A DNA stretch of 63,591 bases, counting the filler, from Octopus bimaculoides (lineage: Eukaryota): the NCBI RefSeq assembly GCF_001194135.2. It is 6 parts of 6 records of this genome, joined end to end, with 100 filler letters (N's around TTAATTAATTAA, not from the genome) between each part and the next. Parts side by side here need not be neighbours in the genome. Positions count along the whole stretch, not along the records: positions 25,117 to 41,001 come from NC_068983.1; 5 more parts are not named here. One strand, written 5' to 3'. The notes beneath the pieces were generated by a model. That model was not told where the DNA came from, did no database searches, and saw only the letters and a program-made list of their open reading frames with translations. Positions within the stretch are counted from its first letter, which is position 1. The number at the start of each line of letters is the position of its first letter. Shown here in pieces: positions 26,333 to 38,099 of the stretch. Position numbers and translations under genes: made by a program.

Positions 26333-26725
26333 GCAGCGAGCTGGCAGAATCGTTACCGCGCCGGGCAAAATGCTTAGAGATATTTCGTCCGTCTTTACGT
26401 TCTGAGTTCAAATTCTGCCGGGACGACTTTGCCTTTCATCCTTTCGGCGTCAATAAAATAAATAGCAGCTGAACACTGGGGTCGATTTAATCGACTCAGT
26501 CCCTCCTCCGAAATTGCTGGTCTTGTGCCAAAATTTGAAACCATTTTAATCTTTCTAAAAATTGGCGAGCTGACTGAATCGTTAGCACACCGGACAAAAT
26601 ACTTACCGACATTTCCTCTGTCTTTACGTTCTGTGTTCAAATTCCACCGAGGTCAGCTTTACCTTTCAATCTTTCAGGGTCGAGGCCGATGTAATCGCCT
26701 AACCGTTCTTCCAAAATTTTAAGCC
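26333..26725 (+). mobile_element. Two tandem copies of SINE family C (26333-26543, 26563-26725)
   Basis: Both start gcgagctg..gaatcgtta..c.ccgg.caaaat.ctta..ga.att and carry a B-box-like GTTCAAATTC. Confidence 0.85.
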
Positions 26726-29156
26726 TTTCTTGATACTTGAACTAAGGAACTAGGGAACTACGAGGTCGTTCACCCTGCTAGAAATAGCAGCTAAATCTCT
26801 CTCAAGTCACAAGATACCGTTTTAAAACATGGAGAACGAATTGGATAATGTATTTATAAATACACTATGCTTGAAGAAGAAAAAACCGGTTACACACGGT
26901 TGTAGATTTTCTGATTCAAGGATAAGCTTGGATTAAACAACAAAACAAGTCAGTATCTGAAATTGATATACTGTATGCGTAAGAACCTGATGAGAATAAT
27001 TTTTTAAAAATCTCATATTGAATAATACTTAGAAATTAGTAATTGTAATACAAGAATCTGAAAGTGTTGCATTCCTGAAGGTATTGCCGTAACATGAAAC
27101 GTACTTTGCCTATGACTTCCAAGTTCATTGACTTCTTTGTAATGTGAAAGTGAACGAAAACAGCATTTGAGTTACAGAATTCTACATTACGGCAAGCGTT
27201 TTGGGGAACGCAACGCTTCTATAATGCAATGGAAATCTTTAGTTCCGTTTGCGTATGAAAGCCTACTGCGGCTAGCTCGAGGAGAATAAAGGGTAATTAT
27301 ATACAAAGTTGGATGCCAAGATTAATTATGTAATGGGATACAAATTTCATGATTAATTCTGCTCGAGTAAGGCAAAACAAATCGTTACAGCAATGAAGAG
27401 GAGAAAGGAAGAATACTTTCACATCTCATCTTGGGGTAAATTAGGTTTGGCATCGTCATGGTGGCTGAAAGAGATAGACTAAGTATACAATATTGAGTGC
27501 CACCAATAGCTTGGGATTAACCTTACGGTGGGCTGGCATCCCACTAAGAAAAGCTCTGACCTAAGCAGCCTAAAAGTTCTCCAGGCAAGCTTTAGGTTAA
27601 TGGCGGTATCCCAGCATGGTAAGAGCTCATGGGATGGAACTAGTGAGACTATGCTTCGCTGAAGAATTCTGTTACTACTGTAACATATTCACAAGTGTCC
27701 CCCTCTCCACTGTATTTTATTTTAAAGAAAATTTAATAAAATCTATATTCCAGGATTATTTCCCATGGCTTTTCAAGGTTGAAATATTCATTAAGAAAAT
27801 AATTTCTTTCTTCCGCTATACATTTGTAATTAACGTTGTTTTGACGCATTATTATAATTAATCACATTTTTATCATACCTTTCAGTCGTTCTTTTGAGAA
27901 TTATAATAAGTGTATTCACTTTTAATGTGAATTCAAACGATTTTTAAAGGACAGACTTAGAAACTAAGAACAAAAACGAATGTTTAAATGTAAATTTGCA
28001 ATTATACGTTGTAATGTACAATATGATATACTAAATACATATTATATTCCAAGATTGAAACGCGCGGTAGAAAGAATATGTTTCACAGATGTGAATTTAA
28101 CTCTGTTACAAACAATTTTTGTATATCTCAATATTTATTTATTTAGTGATTTAAATTTTATATCGCATTTTAACGAAAAACAGTGTTGTTATTTATAAGT
28201 GACCGATCAATGGCTCACGAAATTTCTGGCGGAGAAAGTGACACCTGTTAAAGCAGAAATAGACGTCGCAGTTTTCATTTTGTTTACAGACGATTAGGCC
28301 GTATTTTCCTTAATGGAATGTTAAATTTAGAGAAAATCTTGAGTTTTGAAATTACCCCCACCCTTCGCATTTGAAGCGGTATTAGTTGCCACTAAGCGAT
28401 TATTCTACCTCTCTTAGCTGTTTGACCAATCCTCAGAGAACAAGGATCACACACTCTTCCATCCACGAAAAGAACATTATAGTAAATGTTATTTAAATCA
28501 GCCACAAATCAGTAGCTCAATGAAGTGGTTAGATTAATTTGCATATAGTACATGAAGTGGTTAGGCTAATTTGCATATAGTAAATAGGTTAGCGGTGTGA
28601 TGAAATATTCAGTAAATAACTTTAACCATAAAAAGCATGTAGTAAAACTTAATGTAGTTAGACTACAGTTAGGAACGTCTATACTTCTAGAAATATACAA
28701 AAGTGAATGCAGTTTGTTAGTCTCTAAGCAAAGAGAAAATTAAAGAGATTATTCTTATTTGTTTCATATTATCTATATGCTAATTAAATAAGTGACAACA
28801 TTGTTTTGCCAAAATAATGGTGTATAAATTTATGGCGATAATAAGTAACTCTTAAATATTTTTATGCCCAAAGTGTGTGCAGTGGAAAATCTGAGATAAA
28901 TTAAATGTAGTAAGACGATAGTTTATAATGCTTACTTTGTACAAAGAAAACAAATGGGGATGGGTGTTTTCTTGTTCTTTGTAAAGAAACAAAATGAAGA
29001 GACTACTCTGATATGAATCATATATTTTATATCAATCGGACATTTATCTTTAAAATAGTTATCGATTTCTTAAGCGCCAGCACGACAATTAAGAACAAAT
29101 ACATATACAGACACATACAAATGTCTGTATGTATGTGTGTGTGTGTAGATGTATGC

Positions 29157-29194
<38 letters not shown>

Positions 29195-29210
29195 CACTTA
29201 TCTTCAGTTC

Positions 29211-29790
29211 TCCTTCCACTCTCCTTCCCTTTCCCCCTTCCTTTTCTTTTGGACTTTTTCCTACGTCTCTTGTTTCCGAAGAAGAGATATGCTCGAAACG
29301 TAAAACAACCACTCTTTCCCTCCTTGAGCGTCTTATCAGTACTTTGCATGTGCTACGTCCTACGTTGTTGTTTTTTCCTTGTCTTTTTTCTCCGTTTTTT
29401 TAATCAACTGTTTACTGCACGCTCACACCGATCCCACCCTTCCGGCTTTGAATTACCTAATTCGTGGATTTCTTTCTACCACCGAATTACATAACCTTAT
29501 TCATTCGGAGTACGCAATTTCTGTACATTGATTGTGAATCATTACAATTTGTCCGTAGCTCTTCCACTTCACTAGTCTTCCCTCCACTTATCTTCAGTTT
29601 TCCTTCCGCTCTCCTTCCTTTTTTCTTCTTTCTTTCTTCCTCTTCTTTTGGAATTTCCTGTCTCCTGTTTCCGAAGAAGAGCTATGCCCGAAACATAAAA
29701 CGACCACTCTTTCCTTCCTTGAGCGTCTTATTAATACATTACATGTTTTACGTCCTCGCATTGTTGTTTTTTCTTGTCTTTTTTCTCCGC
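29211..29790 (+). mobile_element. Tandem direct repeats (period 395 nt), each with a minimal hammerhead motif; PLE pseudo-LTR or retrozyme-like
   Basis: 29211-29400 matches 29583-29790. Hammerhead 1 (29270-29308): UUGUUU-CCGAAGA-A-GAG-auaug-CUC-GAAAC-GUA^AAACAA. Hammerhead 2 (29666-29700) is more decayed. Confidence 0.8.
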
Positions 29791-29799
29791 TTATTTTTA

Positions 29800-29909
<110 letters not shown>

Positions 29910-30834
29910 TACACACAGGCATACATACAGACAGACATACATAATACATAGATACACACATACATACATGCATATATACACACATAAATACATATTTACA
30001 TACATACATACGTACTTACGTACACACGTACATACATACATACGTACGTACCCACATACGTACGCACGTACATACACACATGCACAGATACATGCATACA
30101 AACATACATACATAATACATACATACATATATATAGATAGATAAGTGATAAAAAATGAAATTAACAACATTATTTAAAAATCGTTACAGTTATTTCAGCA
30201 CCTTCTTACACCATTTGTACATTGGTGAGATGTTGAGTAATCATTATTGTACATCCAAGGTGTAAAGTGCGCCTCCTCAGGCGATTGCTTAAATGATTCT
30301 TCCGTTAGATTCTCTTACCATTTTACTCAGTGTGATAATGCATACCTAAAGTGACATGTCATTCCCAGCAGTTTACAGACAAAAATAAAACCATAGATAT
30401 AGTGACAGACCAAATACAATATAATCAAAAGCAAAATGCTTAAATAAAAAAATAAAATAGTCGAAGGAAAAGAAAAGGCTCTGATTGATTATAAATTACC
30501 ATTCTTCTAAATTCATTTTAAATAAATAATGTCATCAGTTCCATTTTCTACCATTTATCTATTTATATAAACTCTACTATGGTATTCCTGATATATAACC
30601 AGCAGCAGGAACATTTCCACTGTATGATGACATCAGATACCCAATAACTGTGGACAAGCTTTGCATAGCATTCTACGAGGTTTTCAACCGAATCTTATAT
30701 TATTGTAAGTATGTATGTATGCATGTGTGTAGGTAGGTAGGTAGGTAGGTAGGTAGGTAGGTAGGTAGGTATGTATGTATGTAGGTAGGTAGATAGATAG
30801 GTATGTAGGTAGGTATGTATGTACTTATGCACGC

Positions 30835-30995
30835 ATTGCTTTGTGGTAAGAAGCTTTTTCTTAACCATATGGTTTCGGGTTCAGCCCCACTGCGTGAAAC
30901 TTTGGGTAATGGGTAAATGTTCTCTAATATATACCCGTGCTTACCACAGGCTGTGAGTGGTTTAGTGGAGGAAAACTGAAAGAAACCCGTCGTAT
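30835..30995 (+). mobile_element. SINE family A head and core (diverged)
   Basis: gtggtaagaagc...aaccatatggtttcgggttcagccccactgcgtg...aaactgaaagaaacccgtcg. Confidence 0.75.
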
Positions 30996-31004
30996 ATGTG
31001 TGTG

Positions 31005-31170
31005 CAGGGCCGGCCCTTGAGTTGCTATCGCCACGGTCAAGCTGAACTTCGTCGTGTACAAGCTGATAGTCGTGGAAATTTTCTTGTCTTTATCACGCCC
31101 TCCTTGGCGCCTCCGAGCACATGGCGTCCCGTGTGACTGCCCAAGTTGCCGGTACCTTGAGTAGGTCCTG
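31005..31170. mobile_element. 166-bp hAT-like MITE (CAGG...CCTG), related to the 96-bp MITE at 63406
   Basis: Shares both ends with the 63406 element (...caagctgaacttcg... and agttgcc.gtacctt.ag..gg.cctg). Inserted in a (TG)n tract; flanks tgtgtgtg / tgtatgta. Confidence 0.7.
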
Positions 31171-31573
31171 TGTATGTATGTGTGTATACACACACATATA
31201 TATATATGTGTGTGTGTGTGTGTGCGTCTGTGTCTGTGTCTGTGTCTGTCTGCGTGTATGTATGTGTACGTAGATATGTATGTTTGTATGTGTGTATACA
31301 AGTACACATTATATATATATACATACATACATACATATACATATGTATACCTATGTGTTTGTGCGCGCGTGTGTGTGTGTGGGCATGCATAATTGGTTAG
31401 TTATTTAAGCAAATAACCAGCCAATCAAACAATCGAGCATTTGCTTAAACAGTTGGTTAAATAATTAATCAGTTTGTTTGTCAAAGTCTTTTCATTCGCA
31501 ACTTAAATTACATGTCCCCTTTTCTCCAGGTCTGCTTCAAATTATTATTACTGTTGGTATAATGACCCTCCCA

Positions 31574-31604
<31 letters not shown>

Positions 31605-31726
31605 CCTATTGATCGCCCCCCCCTTCCTTTTTTTTCCCGCGATCCCTTTTGATCGAAATCCCCCCTTTTTTTTCCGNNNNNNNNNNNNNNNNNNNNNNNN
31701 NNNNNNNNNNNNNNNNNNNNNNNNNN

Positions 31727-31831
31727 AAAGAAAAGCTCTACATTGTAATTTGTCCATTTTCTGTATTTAGCCCTGTGTGGCTATAATAAAAAGATATCTA
31801 TCTATATATCTATCTATCTATCTATCTATCT
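31727..31831 (+). mobile_element. Non-LTR retroelement 3' tail ending in (ATCT)n
   Basis: aaagaaaagctctaca...agccctgtgtgg.....aa followed by (ATCT)n. A second copy lies at 50254-50393. Confidence 0.6.
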
Positions 31832-32102
31832 AAATAATAACACAAATATATTGAGGTCAATTTGTGTTATTATTCATACTACACCACACTCAGAACCTTC
31901 CCTACCTACGTTGAATCCTGAGCCTACAGTGAACCGTGGACTACATGCCGTTGTACGTTCTTGTGTGATTTTATGCATACGTTGAATATATTTGGTATGT
32001 ACATGTGGATGTTTGAGTAGCTAGAAGAACAAATCCGTATATACTCTAGTAAGTTCTTTCAAGGTAGTGCTCCAGCATGGTCGTGGTCTAAAGACTGAAA
32101 CA

Positions 32103-32203
32103 ACTGACACCTTGGGCAAGTGTCTTCTACTGTAGCCTCGGGCCGACCAAAGCCTTGTGAGTGGATTTGGTAGACGGAAACGGAAAGAAGCCCGTCGTAT
32201 ATT

Positions 32204-32277
<74 letters not shown>

Positions 32278-32480
32278 TGTGTCTGTATTTGTCTCCCTAG
32301 CATTGCTTGACAACCGATGCTGGTGTGCTTATGTCCCCGTCACTTAGCGGTTCGGCAAAAGAAACCGATAGAATAAGTACTAGGCTTACAGAGAATAAGT
32401 CCCGGGGTCGATTTGCTCGACTAAAGGCGCTGCTCCAGCATGGCCACAGTCAAATGACTGAAAAAAGTAAAAGAGAAAGA
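32103..32480 (+). mobile_element. 5'-truncated SINE family A with internal (TA)n(TG)n
   Basis: Core, internal microsatellite and complete 3' half ending gactgaaaaaagtaaaagag. Confidence 0.9.
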
Positions 32481-32810
32481 GAGAGAAAGAGAATATACTA
32501 TATTTTCTCAACAAATGTTAATTTTCATTTATGATTCAGCTGTCCTTGACTCTGTTCCACTGATCAATCGAAATTTAGTTATTGAAGAAAATTACACCGG
32601 TCTTATTGTTGCATTCGGAGTTGATTCTAGTGACGTATGGTTGTTGCCACTGACTTATATTAATAGAGTAACCAAGAGACAGAATAATCAAAGATATTGG
32701 TTCTACTACAATCAGACTCCTTTTGTATAAATTTCTGTAAGATTGCTATTTTGTTATTTATTCATTGTACCATTAGTCGTTGATTGTTTCCGTGTATGTA
32801 TGTATGTATG

Positions 32811-32841
<31 letters not shown>

Positions 32842-32859
32842 ACACACACACACACACAT

Positions 32860-32906
<47 letters not shown>

Positions 32907-33881
32907 NNNNNNNNNNNNNNNNNNNNNNNNNNNNNNNNNNNNNNNNNNNNNNNNNNNNNNNNNNNNNNNNNNNNNNNNNNNNNNNNNNNNNNNNNNNNNN
33001 NNNNNNNNNNNNNNNNNNNNNNNNNNNNNNNNNNNNNNNNNNNNNNNNNNNNNNNNNNNNNNNNNNNNNNNNNNNNNNNNNNNNNNNNNNNNNNNNNNNN
33101 NNNNNNNNNNNNNNNNNNNNNNNNNNNNNNNNNNNNNNNNNNNNNNNNNNNNNNNNNNNNNNNNNNNNNNNNNNNNNNNNNNNNNNNNNNNNNNNNNNNN
33201 NNNNNNNNNNNNNNNNNNNNNNNNNNNNNNNNNNNNNNNNNNNNNNNNNNNNNNNNNNNNNNNNNNNNNNNNNNNNNNNNNNNNNNNNATATATATATAT
33301 ACACACATATATATAACCATATATATGTATTTCTGTATGTGCATATGTATGTATGTATATATATGTATGTATATAAGTGTGCATATATATACATACGCAT
33401 GTATATGAGTATGCGTGTGCTTTTATATGCATACAAAAATATACACGCACATATATACATTATATGTAGTATCATATATGTATAGATATATATATACGTG
33501 TACAAACACATAAAATGTTTGATTCCTTTAAATCGTTCATTATAAATGATCGATATCGCACTGTTTTCTATTCACTTTAACAGTCAGACATTTTAGCCAA
33601 CGGATATTGCAAAGAAAACAATAAAAAAAATAAGTTGCAATGGACACTCATTGTTGTTTCACAGCTTTCTCTATTCACCAACGAGTAAAGAAAGGTCTTT
33701 GTATAATTTCCCATTGAAATAATCCTGTTTGTGATATTTAAGCTAATATTGGTAAATAATTGCTTCTTTCGAGTAAATGCTGATGATTGCTATCGAGGCC
33801 ATAATGGATTTCGTTCGTTCTCTTATAATTTCCATTATATATAACCACTATTATCACACCTACACTTCGAGAAAGAGAGAA

Positions 33882-33938
<57 letters not shown>

Positions 33939-34166
33939 GAGAGGGGAGGAACAAAGTGAAGTCAGAAAAAGAAAGAAAGATAGAGAGAGATATGAAGTAA
34001 CAGTATTGATTCCCATTAAGATCACATTATTCGTGACGATGAAGACATATATTTTTTTTGCTTGTCTCAGTCATTAGATTGCGGCCATGCTGGGGTACCT
34101 TATGCGCATATATATATGGTTATCAGGAAGTTTACTATTTTACACTTTTCTAATGAAACGTAAAAA

Positions 34167-36256
34167 GTATATTTTATAATATCATTATTACAAATTTGGG
34201 ATATTTACCAATAGATAAGCAACTCCTATTTCAAGATAACCTCATGGTATGATATACGTAGAGAAAATTAAACCAAATAAAATAATTAAAATAACATATA
34301 ATAAAATTAGTTAATTAAATATATCTTACCTGTTATTAATCTGTGGGGAAAGAAGGTAGTACAAGTAATCGCTACACGTATTTCTGCGCTGGTGGGGTGT
34401 GTATTAAAGCTATACTTAAAACATAAATCCATCAGTGCGTCCTCAGGCTATGTATATTATTATCAAGTACGGGTAAAAGTTAAAAATCATATTAAAAATA
34501 AAAAATACAAATATATTTTAAAATGTTAAGTAACTAAAGTACAATTAAAATATATATTGAAAATTCTCTATCTAAGGAAATTATTAACGATTAAATTAGA
34601 AACATATCAAATCTTATAATATATCTAAATAAATATTCTAGAAATTAATAATTTAGTGTACAATACTAGTATGATAAAACATATTTTATGTCAAATGTGA
34701 GTTTAATTGCTTAATAAAGTCTTAGTTCTTAGTATATACGTATATAATCATACTATAAATACTATTAAAACTTGTAACATTTTATTATACGTAAAGCTAC
34801 TCCTATGTCGGCATTTTATTTCTCTTTCTTCATTACTGTTTAATAATAACTCTCTCGACTGGAGTATTTTCATAAACTCTGTTGTACATAATAAGCACGT
34901 TTTGTTACCTATTTTATATGAATTCGCTCTACAAATAATATACTAATTATGGGTGTATTCTATTTTATTATATTTTAACTCTCATATGTATTTACTTATG
35001 TATTTACAGGTCTAAGTAAATACACATGGCAGTTAAAATCTAATAAAATAGAATACACTCTTAATTGGTATATTATTTGTAGAGCAAACTCATATAAAAG
35101 AGTTTATGAAAATACTCTAGTCGAGTGAGTCATTATTAAACAGTACTGAAGAGAGAGGAAAAAAAGGCCGACATAGGAATAGCTTTACGTATAATAAAAT
35201 GAAAAATATATAAAATTTTAAAAAACCCAGCGTATCATCTCCACACACTTATGATGAATACAGTTACTAGAAGTTTTAATAGTATTTATAGTAGTATTAT
35301 ATACGTATATATTAAGAACTAAGAATTTATTAAATATTACCTCTAAATGAATAGACAGGCCACATTTATGTAACATAAATCTCAAAATCTACAATACTTT
35401 AAAACTCCATTTATTGCTAGCTTTACGATTATAGCCCCATTTCTAGTTATTATCTCCCCTTGGCTTCAACCTCCCTTATAATATTATTATTTTTAGAGTA
35501 TTTTTCAGAGTATTTTATTTTATTCCTTTATGTTATACCCAATTAGCGTCTAACAGTGAGAGCGGCTATTTGCACTTCAACTTACAGGATTAAACCTTAT
35601 GTCGTAAAGTAATCTATCTTTTTTACTTTTTTTACGTCTTTTATTCGCTAAGTTTCTAACGTAAGCAGTTGTATTTACTAATTAATCTTTATTCTAGACT
35701 ATTAACTCACATTTGACATAAAATATGTTTTATTATACTAGTGTTGACTGGGGTATATTTTACACTAAATCATTAACTTCTATAATATTTATTTAGATAT
35801 ATTGTAAGATTTGATATGTTTCTAATTTAATCGTTAAAACTTTCCTTAGGTAGAGGATTTTCAATATATATTTTAATTGTACTTTAGGCATTTAATATCT
35901 TAAAATAAATTTGTAATTTTTATTTTTAATATGATTTTTAACTTTTAATTTTTAACTTTTACCCGTACTTAATATTAATATACATAGCCTGAGGACGCAC
36001 TGGTGGATTTATGTATTAATACACACTCCACCAGCGCAGAAACACGTGTAGCGATTACTTGTACTACCTTCTTTCCCTACAGATTAATAACAGGTAAGAT
36101 GTATTTAATTAACTAATTTTATTTTATGTCATTTTAATCATTTTATTTGGTTTTATTTTCTCTACATATGCCATACCATGAGGTTATCTTGAAATAGGAG
36201 TTGCTTATCTATTGGTAAATATCCCAAATTTGTAATAATAATATTACAATATATAC
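34167..36256. repeat. ~2.1-kb AT-rich foldback palindrome centred near 35005
   Basis: The left arm 34167-34995 aligns with the reverse complement of 35012-36256 along its length, apart from right-arm insertions at ~35195-35265 and ~35345-35700. Confidence 0.9.
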
Positions 36257-36269
36257 GTATATATATATT

Positions 36270-36560
36270 TTTTATTTATGCGCCCTTTTAAAGCCTAGCC
36301 AGGTTAATGGGCCCGGTTTCCCGGTTTCTATGGCGTATGTGTTCCTCCCAGCTGGATGGGACGCCAGTCCATCGCAGCGTTATTCAAGAAACAGGAAGAA
36401 AGCGTGAGAGAAAGTTGGGGCAAAAGAGTACAACAGGTGTCGCCACCACCCCTGCCAGAGCCTCGTGGAGCTTTTGGTGTTTTCGCTCAATCAACACACA
36501 CAACACCCGGTCTGGGAATAGAAACCGTGATCCTCCGACCGTGAGTCTGCTGCCCTATCA
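36270..36560 (-). mobile_element. tRNA-derived SINE (head H2 + tail T2)
   Basis: Head matches 6500-6656. Tail contains ctggatgggacgccagtccatcgcag and matches 23641-23712. Confidence 0.8.
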
Positions 36561-36639
36561 TTTCCTATCATTCTATTATCATTTCCGTTACAAAAATCCA
36601 ATAGCTGTCTATTAGGGTCTGCAACTGCTAGAAATATCA

Positions 36640-38010
36640 ATGCAACTTTGTTAATGACCTGAAACTCTATGCTAAAATGTCTAGAATGCCAAAAATAAAA
36701 CTGAACTTAATAACAACATCTTTGCTCACATAGGAATGGAATTTAACCAAAAGTGTTCATATATGATTGTAGGACGTGGAACCCCACCGACCCCAAATTT
36801 GAGTATCAACGTTCTTCTTATCTCTCCTGTTTCACAGAGAGTAATCTACAAATACATGACCATTTATAAAAACATTTCAGATGAAGATGCTGTGAATATA
36901 TACAGAATGACCCAGAATATTACACCCGGTTTAGAAAAATATGGCTGAGGGAACTCTCCTCTTACAAGACAATATCCCACAATGCATTAACAGTACCAGT
37001 GTTGATACCAAAATTTAGGACACTTGACTAGTCTGTTTAGGAAATCATTAATATCCGCATCATCCTGACATGAACTGGAAACTGCCATAGAAACAGTCAT
37101 ATCGGCAGGCATTACTTAAGAAGAGATAAAGGAGGTAGAGGCTTGAGATCAATGCAGAAAGCATTCCAATGTCGTACAATCTCTTTCAGACAGTACCTGC
37201 TAAACAACTTTAGCAAAAATAAATACATTAACATAGTGCTGAAAAGCAGAGAACAATATTCTACATGACGGTAGAGAGCTCCTGAGGGCGTATTCTCTTC
37301 CTGACGATCTCTCGGACAACCCCAGAACAACTGGACTAACATACTTCAAAGAAGACTCGGATGTGAAATGCTCAGCATACAAAAAAAAAAGAGATTATTT
37401 CCCCGAGACTTAAGACGTGAAGACGCCTGTTATATGGACATGAAGTATAGCTCTTTCTTGGACTCGCGACCGCTACATCACATCACACTTCGAAGAGAAG
37501 CCCTTGGCGCCCTAGATGCAGATTATATCACATACCTGTGAAAGGCATGATACATGTGATAAGTGCTGCCCAAAAATGTCATCACGCCCTTCTCAAATGT
37601 GATATGATTGTCGCTAAAACAATATGGAAAGCTATGCGATAAAAATCTGCCCTGGACTAAATATTGAACTCCTCTTTTTATTGAATGTATACATAAATAT
37701 GAATACAAGAAACACTGGGGAAACATTCCCACCAACACTTCCAAAGGAAAACTTTATTCTCCCGAGTAATGAACACTAGACCCTAAATCGTTTGCCATTA
37801 ACAGAAACCAAATAAAATTGGTTATCTATGGAAAATGCAAAGAATCGCTATGTGGGAGATGATTACAACAATAAGGAAGTAATTAAGGTGGTATATAAGA
37901 TGTAAATCACAACACGTGCTAAAAACGAGAAAAAAACCTGTGGCAGGTATCATAGGTCGCGGAACTATAAAAAGGAATTTCAGTAAACTTTTGAACTGAA
38001 TCAAGACCTG
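36640..38010 (+). pseudogene. Decayed R4/Dong/NeSL-like LINE: RT domains 5-7 through the restriction-like endonuclease
   Basis: FVNDLKLYAK (36648), IGMEF, ALTVPVL, GGRGLRS (37131), degenerate CRL..H..C zinc knuckle, TRP*IV (RPDIV-like, ~37775). Many stops and frameshifts. Confidence 0.75.
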
Positions 38011-38099
38011 TACAAAATCTACAAAAAATGTTTGGGCACATCCCTTGATCAGTTACATGAAGATGAAAAGATATTGGAATGCAACATATTCCAAACACT

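Noticed and set aside
34500-35950. Mitochondrial insertion (NUMT)
   Set aside because: AT-rich, but no mitochondrial gene, tRNA or rRNA motif was recognised.
34167-36256. RIP-like CpA-to-TpA hypermutation or ADAR-edited retrocopy signature between the palindrome arms
   Set aside because: By eye, about half of roughly 30 transitions are in CpA/TpG context, only a little above expectation for such AT-rich DNA, and mismatch directions are mixed. A formal context test across copies is needed.
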